Shown here piece by piece: positions 63,499 to 64,000 of a stretch of 64,000 nucleotides of DNA. The position numbers were made by a program, and so were the translations under genes. Under the pieces are notes generated by a model. It worked only from the letters and a program-made list of their open reading frames with translations. It had not been told where the DNA came from and ran no database searches. Each line of letters starts with the position of its first letter. Within the stretch, counting starts at the first letter, position 1. The DNA comes from an uncultured Gammaproteobacteria bacterium (lineage in GTDB: Bacteria; Patescibacteriota; Microgenomatia; UBA8517): assembly GCA_964540475.1 (NCBI GenBank), contig CAZIMC010000001.1, positions 345,575-409,574 on the forward strand. The letters run 5' to 3'.

Positions 63499-64000
63499 GT
63501 AGGAAACTGATAATCGTTTTAATTATCGCACTTGCAACATTTGTCAGATTTTACAAGCTTTCAGAGGTGCCTCCTTCATATAGCTGGGACGAAGCGGCAA
63601 TAGGATACGATGCCTACTCGATAGCCCAAACCGGGAAAGACCAGTGGGGTGAGAAACTTCCTTTGGCATTCAAGTCTTTTGGTGAGTACAAACTACCCTT
63701 TCATATCTATACAACAGCAATAATTTATAAGCTGTTCGGATTTACTGTAGTTGGGGTAAGATTTGGCTCCGCAGTGTTAGGGGTAGTTAACGTCTATTTG
63801 TTGTATCTAATAGTCAAAAAGTGGACAGCTAACGTGAGGCTGTCGTTGGCTGCGAGTTTTTTTCTAGCCATATCCCCTTGGCATATCCAGTTTTCCAGGG
63901 TTAGTTGGGAAACTAATTATGCATTACTATTCTTTTTACTTGGGCTACTAAGTTTTATTGGCTTCGTTAAGTACAAGAAACGTTGGTATTTACTACTTTT
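63498..64000 (+). CDS. ArnT/PMT-like GT-C membrane glycosyltransferase (family A), 5' part; gene runs off the window end
   Basis: An ATGA overlap joins it to the upstream gene. 'SWDEAAIGYDAYSIAQTGKDQWGEKLPLAFKSFGEYKLPFHIYT' is the first-loop DE motif. Confidence 0.55.

Noticed and set aside
1-64000. Search for rRNA, tRNA, CRISPR repeats, transposases or integrases, and direct repeats marking island boundaries
   Set aside because: None was recognised by reading the intergenic regions, which are short and mostly promoter- or SD-like. The glycosylation island therefore cannot be called a mobile element from this window alone.
1-64000. Possibility of an alternative genetic code (UGA=Gly, code 25) as in some CPR lineages
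   Set aside because: Genes terminate at TGA with sensible lengths and overlaps (for example rfbA/rfbB ATGA at 22605-22608), so the standard code 11 applies.

Overview
This is a gene-dense, low-GC window that uses the standard genetic code: TGA terminates ORFs, for example in the ATGA overlap between rfbA and rfbB. No rRNA, tRNA, CRISPR array, transposase or integrase could be recognised by eye. The gene content (many GT-C membrane glycosyltransferases, a sortase, small housekeeping proteins) resembles a Patescibacteria/CPR-like or Gram-positive-like genome, but that is inference only.

The window has three parts.

(1) Positions 1 to about 13.5 kb carry housekeeping genes. They are a partial rarA-like AAA ATPase on the minus strand, a spermidine-synthase-fold protein, secA, an FKBP PPIase, dedA, a LytR_C-domain protein, prfB (no programmed frameshift), ftsE-ftsX followed by an M23 peptidase with a coiled coil, a lamin-tail-domain protein, a VanZ-like protein and several hypotheticals.

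(2) Positions 13.5 to 20 kb hold a locus I consider potentially novel. Four paralogous secreted proteins are built from degenerate ~80-aa Asn/Thr/Gly-rich repeats ('NTGxN.A...NTGGD...TGDA') with Cys pairs between repeats. Two of them are translationally coupled to a sortase (TLxTC motif). Both transcription units carry an identical 15-nt leader motif (GACCGCAAACGGAGG) about 120 nt upstream of identical Shine-Dalgarno sequences. In the + strand leader that motif is the 5' arm of a hairpin. A 59-aa DUF2292-like ORF just upstream is missing from the ORF track.

(3) Positions 20 to 64 kb form a large envelope-glycosylation island. It starts with a CAP-domain protein and the dTDP-rhamnose pathway (rfbABCD), with trmD on the minus strand. 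Then come at least 11 soluble glycosyltransferases (DPM1/GtrB-like GT2, other GT2, one GT4), a Wzx-type flippase, and about 17 polytopic membrane proteins. Most of these look like GT-C glycosyltransferases in two tandemly amplified paralog families: an ArnT/PMT(GT39)-like family and a second family with a 'DDLQ...R...GYGYPxFNYYxPLPYY...FPWRFL' signature. They are arranged as repeated Gtr-like modules in which a DPM-like GT2 sits immediately upstream of a GT-C gene. One gene fuses GT2 to GT-C.

Pro/Thr/Ser-rich linkers in several exported proteins of the window are plausible substrates for protein O-glycosylation by the PMT-like enzymes. An apparently circularly permuted M23 peptidase domain downstream of ftsEX is also worth checking.
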